NCBI GenBank assembly: GCA_965217895.1
Contig: CBDCJV010000002.1
Coordinates: 4,608,001 to 4,672,000, forward strand
Direction: 5' to 3'
DNA length: 64,000 nucleotides
Source: Waterburya sp.
Lineage (GTDB): Bacteria; Cyanobacteriota; Cyanobacteriia; Cyanobacteriales; Xenococcaceae
Shown here one piece after another: positions 44,092-54,233 of the stretch. The position numbers and the translations under genes were made by a program. The notes below the pieces were generated by a model, which saw only the letters and a program-made list of their open reading frames with translations, ran no database searches and was not told the origin of the DNA. How positions within the stretch are numbered: position 1 is the first letter of the stretch; each line of letters begins with the position of its first letter.

Positions 44092-44191
44092 GGTAAATTA
44101 AATTTTGTTCAAGCTGAAATTATCTTAAAGCGATCTGGGGAAATTTAGCAAATCAATCATTAGCGATCGCTAGTGATTGATTTGGTGGATC

Positions 44192-44339
44192 TATAGCGTT
44201 TCTTGTATTAACGAGGTACACCTTAGTTCTGTCTGGGGACTGGAGATTGGGGATTGGGTACTAGTTTTTTCCTAATCCCCGATCCCTAATCCCTAAAAGC
44301 AATTCCCTTTTGTATCTCATTAGTTTGAGAACCGCTATA
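44192..44339. mobile_element. TA-flanked MITE with heptamer repeats
   Basis: TATAGCGTTTCT...AGAACCGCTATA enclosing GGGGATT/CCTAATC units. Confidence 0.6.
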
Positions 44340-44346
44340 TAAAAAG

Positions 44347-45225
44347 TTATCTATCAAAAAAGCCTTTAAACCAACTTTGAATTTTGTTTTTAAATTTGGG
44401 TTCGGTCAAAATTCCCTGACTTGGGCTAAAGATAAATGCTAATAAGAAAAAAGCAAATATTACCATAACGATCGCAGCACCAGAAGGTAGATCGAAATAA
44501 TAGCTACAGTACATTCCTGTAATGCTAGAAGCTGCACCAATAATTGAGCCTAAAAACATCATTTGTGATACTTCTTTAACCAGTAGATAGGAGGTGATTG
44601 CAGGACCAACTAATAAAGACATCACCAGCAATACCCCTACGGTTTGCATACTGGCAACAATTGTAAGGGTGATAGCACAAATCAAGCCAAAATAAAGCAG
44701 ATTAACTGGTAAACCACAGGCTTTTGCCCCTAGAGGATCGAAGGTATAAAATTCTAATTCTTTATAAAATAGCTTGGTGAGTAACAGAATAATCCCTGTA
44801 ATAATCACTGTACGCCAGACATCAGTACTGGTAACGCCTAAGATATCTCCAAATAAAATTTCATCGAGATTAATTTGATCGGTTTTTAGAGAGGTAATTA
44901 AAATCACTCCTAATGCTAAAAAACTGGTTAGGGTTAACGCCATGGCTGCATCAACTTTAATCCGCGATCGCTTTTGGATACCCATGACCACTAAAGCACT
45001 TAATATTCCTGCTATAAATGCGCCAATGGCTAAATTTATTTCTAAGAAAAAGGCAATCGAAATTCCTGGCAGCACAGCATGGGAAATCACTTCGCTCATC
45101 ATGCCCATCTGCTGCAAAATCAAATAGCTACCCACCACCGCACCTATAATACCCAAGGATATGCCAATGGCGATCGCCTGACGCATAAATTCAAATTCTA
45201 GGGGTTCAACTAACCAAGTTAACAT
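44347..45225 (-). CDS. znuB: Zn ABC transporter permease
   Basis: ISHAVLPG, ILFGDILG; Zur boxes in the shared promoter. Confidence 0.82.
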   Translation of the reverse strand: MLTWLVEPLEFEFMRQAIAIGISLGIIGAVVGSYLILQQMGMMSEVISHAVLPGISIAFFLEINLAIGAFIAGILSALVVMGIQKRSRIKVDAAMALTLTSFLALGVILITSLKTDQINLDEILFGDILGVTSTDVWRTVIITGIILLLTKLFYKELEFYTFDPLGAKACGLPVNLLYFGLICAITLTIVASMQTVGVLLVMSLLVGPAITSYLLVKEVSQMMFLGSIIGAASSITGMYCSYYFDLPSGAAIVMVIFAFFLLAFIFSPSQGILTEPKFKNKIQSWFKGFFDR

Positions 45226-45970
45226 TGGCAGGCTGCTGATTAATTGTTAGTGATTGATAGCTAGGCTTAAAATATCTGTCGTAAGCTTGATTGATATTGG
45301 CGTTGGTCAATACTTCGGCTCTTGTTCCAGATGCCACCAAAGTTTTATTTAATAGTAGTATTTGGTCGTAGTTTTTTAGAGTTTCGCCTAGATCGTGACT
45401 GATAACTAAAAGTGTTTTTTGTTGGGCTTTTAGTTCAGCAAAGATCTCAAAAATAATCGCTTCTGTCTGTCGATCTACATTGTTAAATGGTTCGTCCAAC
45501 AGAAATAAATCTGCCTCTTGAGCGATCGCTCTAGCTAAAAAAACCCGCTGCTGTTGTCCCCCTGAAAGTTCCCTAATCTGATGCTGGCGATACTGCCACA
45601 TTCCTACTCTTTTTAGAGCATTTCTAACTATCGATCTTGACTGACGACTGTGGTTGCGAAACCAGCCTGTAGAAACTATTCGCCCCATCATCACTACTTT
45701 CTCAACGGTTACGGGATAGTCCCAGTCAATTTGCGATCGCTGAGGTACATAAGCCACCCTGTGTAATTGTTTGCAGACAGGCTTACCTTTCCATTGGACG
45801 ACTCCCTCAGCTATAGGAACTAAACCTAATATAGCTTCGATCAGAGTGCTTTTTCCTGCTCCATTTGGACCTAATAAACCAGTTAGCTGTCCTGGCTGTA
45901 GCCGAAAGGAGACGTTTTCAACTGCCCAAGTGTGGCGATAATTTACGCTTAGGTTACGAATTTCTAACAT
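45206..45970 (-). CDS. znuC: Zn ABC transporter ATPase
   Basis: GPNGAGKST, LSGGQQQR, LLDEPF. Confidence 0.82.
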   Translation of the reverse strand: MLEIRNLSVNYRHTWAVENVSFRLQPGQLTGLLGPNGAGKSTLIEAILGLVPIAEGVVQWKGKPVCKQLHRVAYVPQRSQIDWDYPVTVEKVVMMGRIVSTGWFRNHSRQSRSIVRNALKRVGMWQYRQHQIRELSGGQQQRVFLARAIAQEADLFLLDEPFNNVDRQTEAIIFEIFAELKAQQKTLLVISHDLGETLKNYDQILLLNKTLVASGTRAEVLTNANINQAYDRYFKPSYQSLTINQQPANVNLVS

Positions 45971-45983
45971 TAATGATCAATAA

Positions 45984-46029
45984 TGAGATTCATTATCATT
46001 CTACCTTAAAATAATTAGAATCATTATCA
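45984..46029. promoter_or_regulatory. Two Zur-like boxes in the divergent znu promoter
   Basis: TGAGATTCATTATCA (45984-45998) and TTAGAATCATTATCA (46015-46029), each 2 mismatches from TGATAATNATTATCA. Confidence 0.7.
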
Positions 46030-46144
46030 TTATTATGCTGCCGACGAATTAGCAAGGTTCAGATTTGTCAGTTTAAAGCTCTTAGCTATTAGCCACTAAA
46101 AGAAAAGCTCAAAATCGAAATGTTTTATTCAATCGATCGCCATT

Positions 46145-47125
46145 ATGTTTAAGAATACTAAAGTCAAAAATATTATTAATTTTGCTGTTTTAAGTATTGC
46201 AGCTAGCTTAGTCGGATGTAGTAACAACGCGGTACAAGCTCAGGCAAAGCCAAAAGTCGTAGCCTCCCATAATGTTATTTGCGATCTAGTCAAGACTATC
46301 GCCCAAGATACTGTTGATTTAACCTGTCTGATCCGTGGAGATCAAGATCCTCATACTTTCCGCCCTACCCCTTCCCAACGTAAGGCAATAGAAGAAGCAC
46401 AAATAATTCTCTATGGAGGTTATCAGTTAGAGCCTCAAGTAATTAAACTATTAAATGCCACAAAAACTCCTGCACCTAAGATAGCAGTATATGAACAGGC
46501 AGTTACTAAGCCAATTCTAGCTGAACATGATGAATACGGCGAGATAGAAGCGAAAAAGCCAAATATTGATAAAAAAGCAGATTTAGAACCAGATCCTCAT
46601 GTATGGAACAACGTAGAAAATACCGTGGCAATGGTTGAACTACTTAAGGGATTATTTCTCCAAGCAAATCCCGCAGCAGCCGATGTGTATCTAAAAAATA
46701 GCGTGGATCTCACTCAAAAACTTTGGCAGCTTGATGCTTGGATTAAAGATCAGGTTGCTACTATACCTGAAGGTCAGAAAGTTCTGGTAACAACTCACGA
46801 TTCTTTTAACTACTATGTGAAGGAATATCGTTTTGATGATTATGAAACCTTAGAAGGATTGAGTACGGATGCCGCTCCTACTGCTTCCCAAGTGCGAGAA
46901 TTAGTAACACAAATAAAAAAAACAGGCACACCCACTATTTTTGCTGAATTAACAGCCAATAATCGCGTCATCGATAATGTTGCCCGTGCTGCAAATGTCA
47001 AGCTATCAAAGGAAGAATTATATGCCGATGGTTTGGGAGGCAGCAAGAATTATACTGAAATGATGTCCCATAACACCTGTGCGATCGTCAATGGTTTAGG
47101 CGGTAAATGTCAGCCTTTTAAGTAA
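46145..47125 (+). CDS. znuA: Zn ABC transporter substrate-binding lipoprotein
   Basis: LVGC lipobox, DPHTF, DPHVW, THDSF, YADGL. Confidence 0.82.
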   Translation: MFKNTKVKNIINFAVLSIAASLVGCSNNAVQAQAKPKVVASHNVICDLVKTIAQDTVDLTCLIRGDQDPHTFRPTPSQRKAIEEAQIILYGGYQLEPQVIKLLNATKTPAPKIAVYEQAVTKPILAEHDEYGEIEAKKPNIDKKADLEPDPHVWNNVENTVAMVELLKGLFLQANPAAADVYLKNSVDLTQKLWQLDAWIKDQVATIPEGQKVLVTTHDSFNYYVKEYRFDDYETLEGLSTDAAPTASQVRELVTQIKKTGTPTIFAELTANNRVIDNVARAANVKLSKEELYADGLGGSKNYTEMMSHNTCAIVNGLGGKCQPFK

Positions 47126-47201
47126 CTGATGTTACGCACTAATTAATCTATGAAACCTAGGTAGTGGGTAGTAAGTAGTGGGTAGTGGGTAGCAACCTCT
47201 T

Positions 47202-49109
47202 CTATCCAAAGACAAAAGACAATAAGCCCATAAACAAAAAAGAAAATAAAGTTCTTAATAAAATTAGAAGTAGTGCCGTGACGGCTACAAATGGGTAGCC
47301 ACAATTCCAATCTATAGTAAATCCTTTAACACAACCACTCGTGATGCCTAAAGCTAAGCATTCCATAGGAACAAGAATCGACAAACCTATTGCTGGAAAA
47401 AAACTCAAAATAGATTTAGTCATCCCTAAAATAAATGATGCTTGATATAGAGTATCAAGAGAATCTACCCTAATTGCCATACCAGATATAGCTATAAGGT
47501 AAATTGCGATCGCCGTAAAAAATGTATCTATGCCAAAAATGCTCAAAAAACTGTAGGTGCGTACAGTCTTATTTAATGTATGTAAGGATTTTATTTTTTC
47601 TGTCGGTTCATAGACTACTGTTGGCCATTCAACGTCTATTTGATCCATCCCTAAGAATTTAATGTCATCTGGTTTAGATGTTTTTTTCACTCTGTAGAAG
47701 AAACAAGCAGTTCTTACTATGGGATTTCCCGCTTTCAGATTAGTTTGCTCTATATCGGCGACATAAAAACCTGGCAGTATTTCTTTTGTAGATGAAGATA
47801 ATGGAGCTATTTTGGATGATGCTGCTTCTTTAAAAGGAACTCCCGCTGCAATGTTGCCATAAAGCTCACAGTTCAGCAAACCTTTTCCCATCATAGATTC
47901 TGGTACTAAATTTTTCTCTTCTTTTAAAGGTTCAGGTAGATTATTAATTACAGCATTTAACGATTCTTCTCCTACAATTTTTCCAGCCAAAGAACAGTAA
48001 GCTTGATTTTCTGCTGCAATATTTTCACAGGCAACAGGCAGAGAAATTAGAGGCTTATGAAGATCGATAATTGCAAAAGATAAGGTGATAAATAGCCAAA
48101 TGATAGGCACAAGTAATTTTTTTTTAGATGAAGTACCTTTTTTTGACTTTATTTCTGAATCCCTATTTGCATTTTTACGTTTATTGCTACTACTAGAGGG
48201 CGATACTCGCTCATCTTGCTTTAGTATCTTATGAGAGTATTCTGTTGAAGAATGAATGTTTTTTTCTGTTTCTAATGTTTGTTTTTCAGCTTCTTCTATA
48301 GAAGCTTGAGTTATGAAAACTGATTCTATAGTTAAGAGAGTTTCTTCTAAATTAAAACAATACCGACTTAACCAAATTGCTGTTTTTCTTTGTTCTTCTG
48401 AGCTTAATTCCAGAACTTTATCCCACCATAATTTTACTTCTGAATTAAAATTGGCTGTGCTAGGATTACAAGCTTTCTGAAAATAATTATCTAAGATTGG
48501 TAATTGTTTGTCTTTGACAGAGCTTTCAAATTCATGAAAAGTTTTAATTAAATAAGCTACATTAAACTTAGGAGCAAGAAGTTCACTAGATAAAAGAGTT
48601 TTGTTACGAATAAAACAATATGACTTTAAATCTATTTCTGTCTCCGCTAAAGTTTTCTTTTCTTTTGAATTATCTTTAATATCGCTTGATATTTCACAAT
48701 CTTGAAGTGCTTGTGACTCATGAGCTAAATTAACGGCAGATATTTTTACTTCATTTTTATATTGGTTAGCAAAAGAATTCGATACTCCCAAGTCCGATTC
48801 GCTATCAATTGCTACGATTTCTAATTCTGTTTTATTTGTATTATCTTGCTCTAAATTAATAATTGTTTGCCAATCTGGTTCTATGTTTCCTGATATACGG
48901 CTATATAAATAAACTTCTTTTATCTTTAAATCATCTAAATTAGATATTGCTAACAGTATATTATTTTTTAGTTTTTCATAGTCTATATTATCTTCGGTTT
49001 CTCGATTTATATAGATATAAAGTTTGGTATTCTGGGTGATTATCTGAAAAACAATATTGTCATCTTGGCAATATTTTGTAATTGCGTTGAGTATTTGTTC
49101 TTCACTCAT
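47202..49109 (-). CDS. Hypothetical membrane protein (AT-rich)
   Basis: 635-aa ORF with a central TM helix and about 4 C-terminal TM helices. Confidence 0.75.
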   Translation of the reverse strand: MSEEQILNAITKYCQDDNIVFQIITQNTKLYIYINRETEDNIDYEKLKNNILLAISNLDDLKIKEVYLYSRISGNIEPDWQTIINLEQDNTNKTELEIVAIDSESDLGVSNSFANQYKNEVKISAVNLAHESQALQDCEISSDIKDNSKEKKTLAETEIDLKSYCFIRNKTLLSSELLAPKFNVAYLIKTFHEFESSVKDKQLPILDNYFQKACNPSTANFNSEVKLWWDKVLELSSEEQRKTAIWLSRYCFNLEETLLTIESVFITQASIEEAEKQTLETEKNIHSSTEYSHKILKQDERVSPSSSSNKRKNANRDSEIKSKKGTSSKKKLLVPIIWLFITLSFAIIDLHKPLISLPVACENIAAENQAYCSLAGKIVGEESLNAVINNLPEPLKEEKNLVPESMMGKGLLNCELYGNIAAGVPFKEAASSKIAPLSSSTKEILPGFYVADIEQTNLKAGNPIVRTACFFYRVKKTSKPDDIKFLGMDQIDVEWPTVVYEPTEKIKSLHTLNKTVRTYSFLSIFGIDTFFTAIAIYLIAISGMAIRVDSLDTLYQASFILGMTKSILSFFPAIGLSILVPMECLALGITSGCVKGFTIDWNCGYPFVAVTALLLILLRTLFSFLFMGLLSFVFG

Positions 49110-49349
49110 ATCTAACTAATAACAACAATAATTATATAATTCCCAAAATCTATAACCAATTAACATCAACCGAGTTTTTGTTTTTGCCTCAAAAAAACTT
49201 ATTGGCAATACAGAGTAAAATTTAAGCTTAGTATTGGTCTGAGATGAAAAAAAGCTATTCTCTTACAATTAGGTTCTGGTAATATATTTATGTATGACTC
49301 AAAAAAAGGCGATCGCTTTTTTATAACATTGCCCCTGCTGCTAATGTAA

Positions 49350-49542
49350 AACTATTAAAGGAAAAACTGTATGTTGATGGTTTGGAAGGCAGTCGAAGAA
49401 AAAGGAACTAGCTACAGTGAAGGTATCTATGCGTTTAGATGCGATCGCTTCTGCTGGCTTGGGAATCTTCCGTAGTAAAATATTAAGTGTCGTCTCTAGC
49501 AACGATGTCCGAGTTAATTGGAAAGAGATAATTTAAGCTAGT
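49350..49542 (+). pseudogene. Degenerate partial copy of the S4-domain gene and its upstream region
   Basis: 49350-49394 resembles 50220-50279; 49397-49542 resembles 50850-50996, with CAA replaced by TAA. Confidence 0.8.
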
Positions 49543-49621
49543 ATAGCTTCGCTCTTTTTAGGAAGTAGGAAGTTAAATAAACTAAAAAATCATAGATCTA
49601 AACTAGCGGTATTTAAAATTT

Positions 49622-49750
49622 GGCGTTGGTGAATCAAAGTACGAAATATAAAAAGTTTAATTTGATGTACATCTTTAAGAAGCCTAGAGCTAAAAGCTAA
49701 AAGCTACGAACCGTATTATTATCAGTTTTATACCTAAAATCGCCAACGTC
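49622..49750. mobile_element. MITE, TIR GGCGTTGGTGA, 8-bp target duplication TAAAATTT
   Basis: GGCGTTGGTGAAT...AATCGCCAACGTC with TAAAATTT at 49614-49621 and 49751-49758. Confidence 0.8.
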
Positions 49751-50130
49751 TAAAATTTATATATGGGTATAGACACAGAGTATCGCTCTCCACTTCCAAA
49801 CTTGTCCCAAGTCCTCTCTACATTTAGACTTCTTTGCTTTTGTTCCGTAGAAATATTAAACTGACCTAATTGATCTAAATTGTTGTCTATAGATTTAGAT
49901 TCTGATGCGCTAGAAAAACCCCAGGGACTATCTCCTGCTTCTATACCATTGAGATAATCAGAATCATCACTAGAAACGGGGTCAGCAGCGGGTGTGTATT
50001 GTTTGGAATTGCTCTGAGCATTCGCCTGGACGCTATAAAACCCCGTTAATAAGAAGCTTAAGGCGATCGCCAAGCTACTAGGTATCACGCTACATTTATT
50101 TAAAAATCTTGTTTTATTAGCAATATTCAT
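49750..50130 (-). CDS. Hypothetical exported protein
   Basis: Signal peptide ending ANA-Q, 126 aa. Confidence 0.6.
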   Translation of the reverse strand: MNIANKTRFLNKCSVIPSSLAIALSFLLTGFYSVQANAQSNSKQYTPAADPVSSDDSDYLNGIEAGDSPWGFSSASESKSIDNNLDQLGQFNISTEQKQRSLNVERTWDKFGSGERYSVSIPIYKF

Positions 50131-50333
50131 CAGAAAGTCTTAAGTTCTATATATTTAGAACTGTAGAAATTTCTGGGAACTACGACATCTCTACAAAGAC
50201 ATATTTTGCCATCTATCAAAAGTATTAAAGGCTCAATAAATTGCTGGAAAAATTGTATATCGATGGTTTAGAAGGCAGTTATAGTCATACAATTCTCGCT
50301 AAAATATAATATAAATCAGAGAATCATAACTAA

Positions 50334-51113
50334 ATGCTGCCAAAAGAAGACTTACTAAAGCGCGTCGAAAATAAAGAAGAAATTACTCGCGTTATAGATA
50401 AAGCTGACCAAGCAATAAACAACTGGGAAGTGGTCGTCACAGATTTTTTATCTCCGCCAGTGGTTGCCGAAGTTGAGGCTATTTTGCAAAATCTTACGGA
50501 AATCAAGGCTTTGCCCTGGGGAGGATATGCTCAAGCAGAAAGAAGGCGTATTGCTTTATCTCGCCCAGACATTCCCTTAGATGAATTACAGGTTGAATTA
50601 GCAGCATTAGATATTGCGGGAAATTTTCTATTTGACCCTGCTACCCACCGAGATTTTTTGGGTTCAATATTAGGTACAGGTATTGTCAGGGAAAAAGTAG
50701 GCGATATTCTAGTATTGGGAGAGAGAGGCGCGCAGGCTATCGTTGTCCCAGAAATGGTTGATTTTTTGACAGCTTCTTTGACTCAAGTACGCTCTGTAGC
50801 AGTTAAAACTCAGCAGATAGAATTTAGCGAATTAAAAATTCGTCCACCAAAGAAAAAGGAAATGACTACGGTAGAAGCATCCATGCGTTTAGATGCGATC
50901 GCCTCTGCTGGCTTTGGAATATCTCGTAGTAAAATGGCAAGTGCTATTTCTAGCAATGATGTTAGAGTTAATTGGAAAGAAATAACTCAAGCTAGTCACA
51001 ACGTTAAGGCAGGGGATTTGATTGCAGTCAGGGGGAAAGGAAGATTAGAGGTAGGAGATATTTCAGTTACCAAAAAACAACGCTACCGTGTTAATCTAGT
51101 CCGCTATAAGTAG
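50334..51113 (+). CDS. Photosystem II S4-domain protein (YlmH/Sll1252-like)
   Basis: TDFLSPP, WGGYAQAER, HRDFLGS, VEASMRLDAIASAGFG.SRSK, RGKGR. Confidence 0.92.
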   Translation: MLPKEDLLKRVENKEEITRVIDKADQAINNWEVVVTDFLSPPVVAEVEAILQNLTEIKALPWGGYAQAERRRIALSRPDIPLDELQVELAALDIAGNFLFDPATHRDFLGSILGTGIVREKVGDILVLGERGAQAIVVPEMVDFLTASLTQVRSVAVKTQQIEFSELKIRPPKKKEMTTVEASMRLDAIASAGFGISRSKMASAISSNDVRVNWKEITQASHNVKAGDLIAVRGKGRLEVGDISVTKKQRYRVNLVRYK

Positions 51114-51141
51114 CTAATAGCTAATAGCTATCAAAGAAGTT

Positions 51142-51804
51142 ATGATTACTCATATTATTTATGATATGGATGGATTACTGTTGGACACAGAATCTCTCCA
51201 CGAACGAGTAAATAAAGAAGTTGCCCAACGCTACGGTAAAATTTTTAATCGAGAGCTTAAAATGGCGATCGCTGGTAGACCGACTTTAGATTCTGCCAAA
51301 ATATTAGTCAAGACTCTTAGACTTCCTCTTACCCCCGAAGAGTATTTAGTTGAGCGCAATAAATTACTTTATCCTCTTTATCAGACAGCAGAGGCTTTAC
51401 CAGGTACACAAAAACTAACTCAACATTTATTTAAGCATAATATTCCCCAGGCGATCGCCTCTAGCTCTAGCCGTCATCACTTTGAGATGAAAACTATTAG
51501 GCATCAGCAGTGGTTAAAGCATTTTCAAATAACTACCCTGGGAGATGATGCAGAAATTGTCCAAGGAAAACCCGCACCAGATATCTTTCTGTTGGCAGCC
51601 AAAAGATTAAATGTTGCGCCCCAAAACTGCTTGGTGTTTGAAGATTCTTTAGCAGGAATGGAAGCTGCGATCGCTGCGGGGATGTCTGTAGTCGTAATTC
51701 CTGACTCAATATTTGATAAAAAGCTGTTTCAAAAGGCCAATCAAGTATTTAATTCCATGACAGAATTCAAGCCTGAAACATGGAGTTTACCAGGATTTAA
51801 ATAA
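51142..51804 (+). CDS. HAD phosphatase, HDHD1/GS1-like
   Basis: THIIYDMDGLLLDTE, GDD.EI..GKPAPDIF, CLVFEDS, FKPE.W.LP. Confidence 0.88.
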   Translation: MITHIIYDMDGLLLDTESLHERVNKEVAQRYGKIFNRELKMAIAGRPTLDSAKILVKTLRLPLTPEEYLVERNKLLYPLYQTAEALPGTQKLTQHLFKHNIPQAIASSSSRHHFEMKTIRHQQWLKHFQITTLGDDAEIVQGKPAPDIFLLAAKRLNVAPQNCLVFEDSLAGMEAAIAAGMSVVVIPDSIFDKKLFQKANQVFNSMTEFKPETWSLPGFK

Positions 51805-51810
51805 TTCCTG

Positions 51811-52080
51811 TTACGACGATCGCTCTTCGTCTTGACTATCTAATAATTCTTTTTTAGAAGTTTTCAACTGCTGCCATAGCTGTTTAATTTGCTTATAAGC
51901 CTCATCAGCAGATATTTTACCGTTGGTTTCCAATGCGCAAATATAAACCACTTTTTGAGCGAATTCTTGTAAATTGGCGTTAAATACTAAATTATTAGCA
52001 TTTTTGGGGGTGAGTTCACCCCGATAATTTACCTTGGGATACAAAAAGTTATTTTTACTATTGTCTGATTCTGGACTCAT
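51811..52080 (-). CDS. Conserved cyanobacterial small protein
   Basis: FLYP..YRG, LVFNANLQEFAQKV..IC.LETNGKI, AYKQIK.LW. Confidence 0.85.
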   Translation of the reverse strand: MSPESDNSKNNFLYPKVNYRGELTPKNANNLVFNANLQEFAQKVVYICALETNGKISADEAYKQIKQLWQQLKTSKKELLDSQDEERSS

Positions 52081-52570
52081 TTTCTATTTGCTATTCTGTG
52101 ATTCCCCTCTACTTAAAGAATTAAAGCATCAAGGTTAATAAAACAAAAATTAATGATTAATTTTAGATTAACTAAAGCAAATGTTATGTACCTGACTCTT
52201 TGTTCTGATGTCAAATGGTTTTTGGCTAGCATCTTCTAAACGCGATCGCTCGGTCTTTAGCTTTGTTATCATAGCCAATCTAAATGCTTAACAGTTTACT
52301 TACTTATTGTTTGATTAAATCTTCTGCTTATATTAGGCAATATATTCAGCAAAAATACTGAAAAAGCCAAGAACACATGGTGACTTAGGTAAGATTACGG
52401 TTGATTTAGACTCAAAAAAAAAGCCTAATATAAGTTATATCTCAAACAAATAATAGTAAATACAATAATATTCAAAGCAAAATTGCGAGAAAACTATTGT
52501 CTAAATTTTTATTAATAACTGAGATTAAAAACCATACCGCTAAGCAACTATTCTCATCTAGGAGTTGGCA

Positions 52571-52774
52571 ATGAAAATTGAAAATGTAATAGGAATCGAT
52601 GGCTACACTTTGCTAATTTATCGTTCCGTAGATCATTTATATCGTTTCAGTATTATTGATTTTTCAGGAACAGCATTTAATTTTGATAGTATTTTCTTAA
52701 CTGCTGAAGAAGCTAACCTTAAAGGGCGTGCAGCCGTTAAAATGGCTTATGGTTTCGATCATAATCAACATTAA
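52571..52774 (+). CDS. Small hypothetical protein
   Basis: AGGAG RBS at 52560, 67-aa ORF. Confidence 0.6.
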   Translation: MKIENVIGIDGYTLLIYRSVDHLYRFSIIDFSGTAFNFDSIFLTAEEANLKGRAAVKMAYGFDHNQH

Positions 52775-52834
52775 TATTAATAGTATTAATTTAAAATTAA
52801 GCAATTGCCAGTTGGCTATTTTTACCGTCGTTCT

Positions 52835-53024
52835 GGGTTTAAAGTGCAAGTCCCTTCTAAGACAGCTTTTCGTATTTTGTAAGCTGTAAGCTCTCCAGCT
52901 AGCCTTCGGGTATAGCGAAGTTGGTTGATTAAATCACGCTAGGCAGGGACTTAAAGCTTAAAGCTTAAAGCCTATAGCTGGAGAGCCAGAATCACCAACC
53001 CGTTCACGGCGGTGAGTATGTCAA
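52835..53024 (+). mobile_element. Non-autonomous IS200/IS605 remnant (both ends, no ORF)
   Basis: Left GGGTTTAAAG..AGTCCCTTCTAAGACAGCTTT; right AGAATCACC..GGCGGTGAGTATGTCAA, typical tnpB-element terminus. Confidence 0.6.
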
Positions 53025-53192
53025 ATTGATTTGGTCTATCTCTGCAAAAGCTAGGCATTAAAGGCTTTAAACAGTTATCATGAATCTTTTAACGCTAATC
53101 TACATTGTAAATCAGCAGAGATTGCTACTGCACGTTGCGGGAAGTTGGAAATTATAGTTTATAGCGATCGCAAATTTAACAATTATAAATTT

Positions 53193-53652
53193 TTACCTTG
53201 TTCTAGATTTATATCCTAAACCTGCACCAAATCCACCACCAAATATGATTAATATCCTAATAATGTCTTGATAAGTTGATGAATCTTTATTACCAAGAAA
53301 TACTGTTATAAAACCCAAGAAAATTAATACGATAACTAGAGTAATCAAGTTATATAGTCTGGTTGATTTTGTATTTTCAAATTCTCTTTCATTGTCTTGC
53401 TCTGCTATGTTCTGTGTTTATTTTGTTGGATAAAGAATTAGATAGAGAAGAAGAACGAGTAGAGATACTTCTGCTACTTAGAATCATCTTCATTACAGCT
53501 TGAGCTTCTTCTGGCAAATCTTCTATGTCTAATTCTTCTTTTGAACTTGAAGATTCAGACTGATTTATTTCACCACTATTTGATTTCTCAGATGATATCT
53601 CGCTTGAACTTATATTATCTATTTTATCTCGCTTATCTTCTCCATCAGACAT
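53193..53652 (-). pseudogene. Frameshifted two-TM membrane protein (DUF2335-like)
   Basis: Frame 1 ends KINTEHSRARQ*; shifted frame reads IAEQDNEREF...LITLVIVLIFLGFITVFLG...ILIIFGGGFGAGLGYKSRTR* to 53193. Confidence 0.65.
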
Positions 53653-53983
53653 AAGCTTTTTTCAATGACCTAATTATTTTAGAGCCTTCTTCATAAGAAT
53701 ATAAATCATCAAACTCACTTTCAATATTTGATATCTCTAACTCCCATAATTTGGAAATTTGATTTTCTATAACTTTTTGAAATATGTTTTCTATTTGGCT
53801 TTCTACAAATAAAGCACAAGAATACTTGGTTAACTGGTGTAAAGTATCATCACTAATCTTATTTTCATTTCGCAATTTATAAAAATAATATACGGAAGCT
53901 TTCAACAGTTTCAAATCTTGCCGAGAATAATTTATTTTTTGCTCTAACTTACCTTTGTTTTTAAGCTTTAACAAATTAATCAC
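53645..53983 (-). CDS. Hypothetical protein (AT-rich), coupled to the downstream gene
   Basis: 112-aa ORF overlapping the next start by 8 bp. Confidence 0.55.
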   Translation of the reverse strand: MINLLKLKNKGKLEQKINYSRQDLKLLKASVYYFYKLRNENKISDDTLHQLTKYSCALFVESQIENIFQKVIENQISKLWELEISNIESEFDDLYSYEEGSKIIRSLKKAYV

Positions 53984-54233
53984 TTCCCATTTTTTATCTG
54001 CTATTTCTATTCCTAAAGTCTATTGTATTATAAAAACTAGTAATTTAATATCAGATATTAAATTGTCAATCATAACATTTTTTTCGCTTTGCGTATTGAC
54101 TATGTAATTAAAATTTGTTGTCTTCCCGTTGATACTGTAATTTTGGTCTCTGTAGTTAGTGTATTTCTGACAGAAATTTCCTTACAATCATAGGTAAGGA
54201 TATATAAAGAAACTTTAAGAGGCAAGAGAGTAT

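Noticed and set aside
49397..50996. Possible DGR template/variable repeat pair
   Set aside because: Mismatches are not adenine-specific (many C/T and G/T changes) and no reverse transcriptase is in the window.
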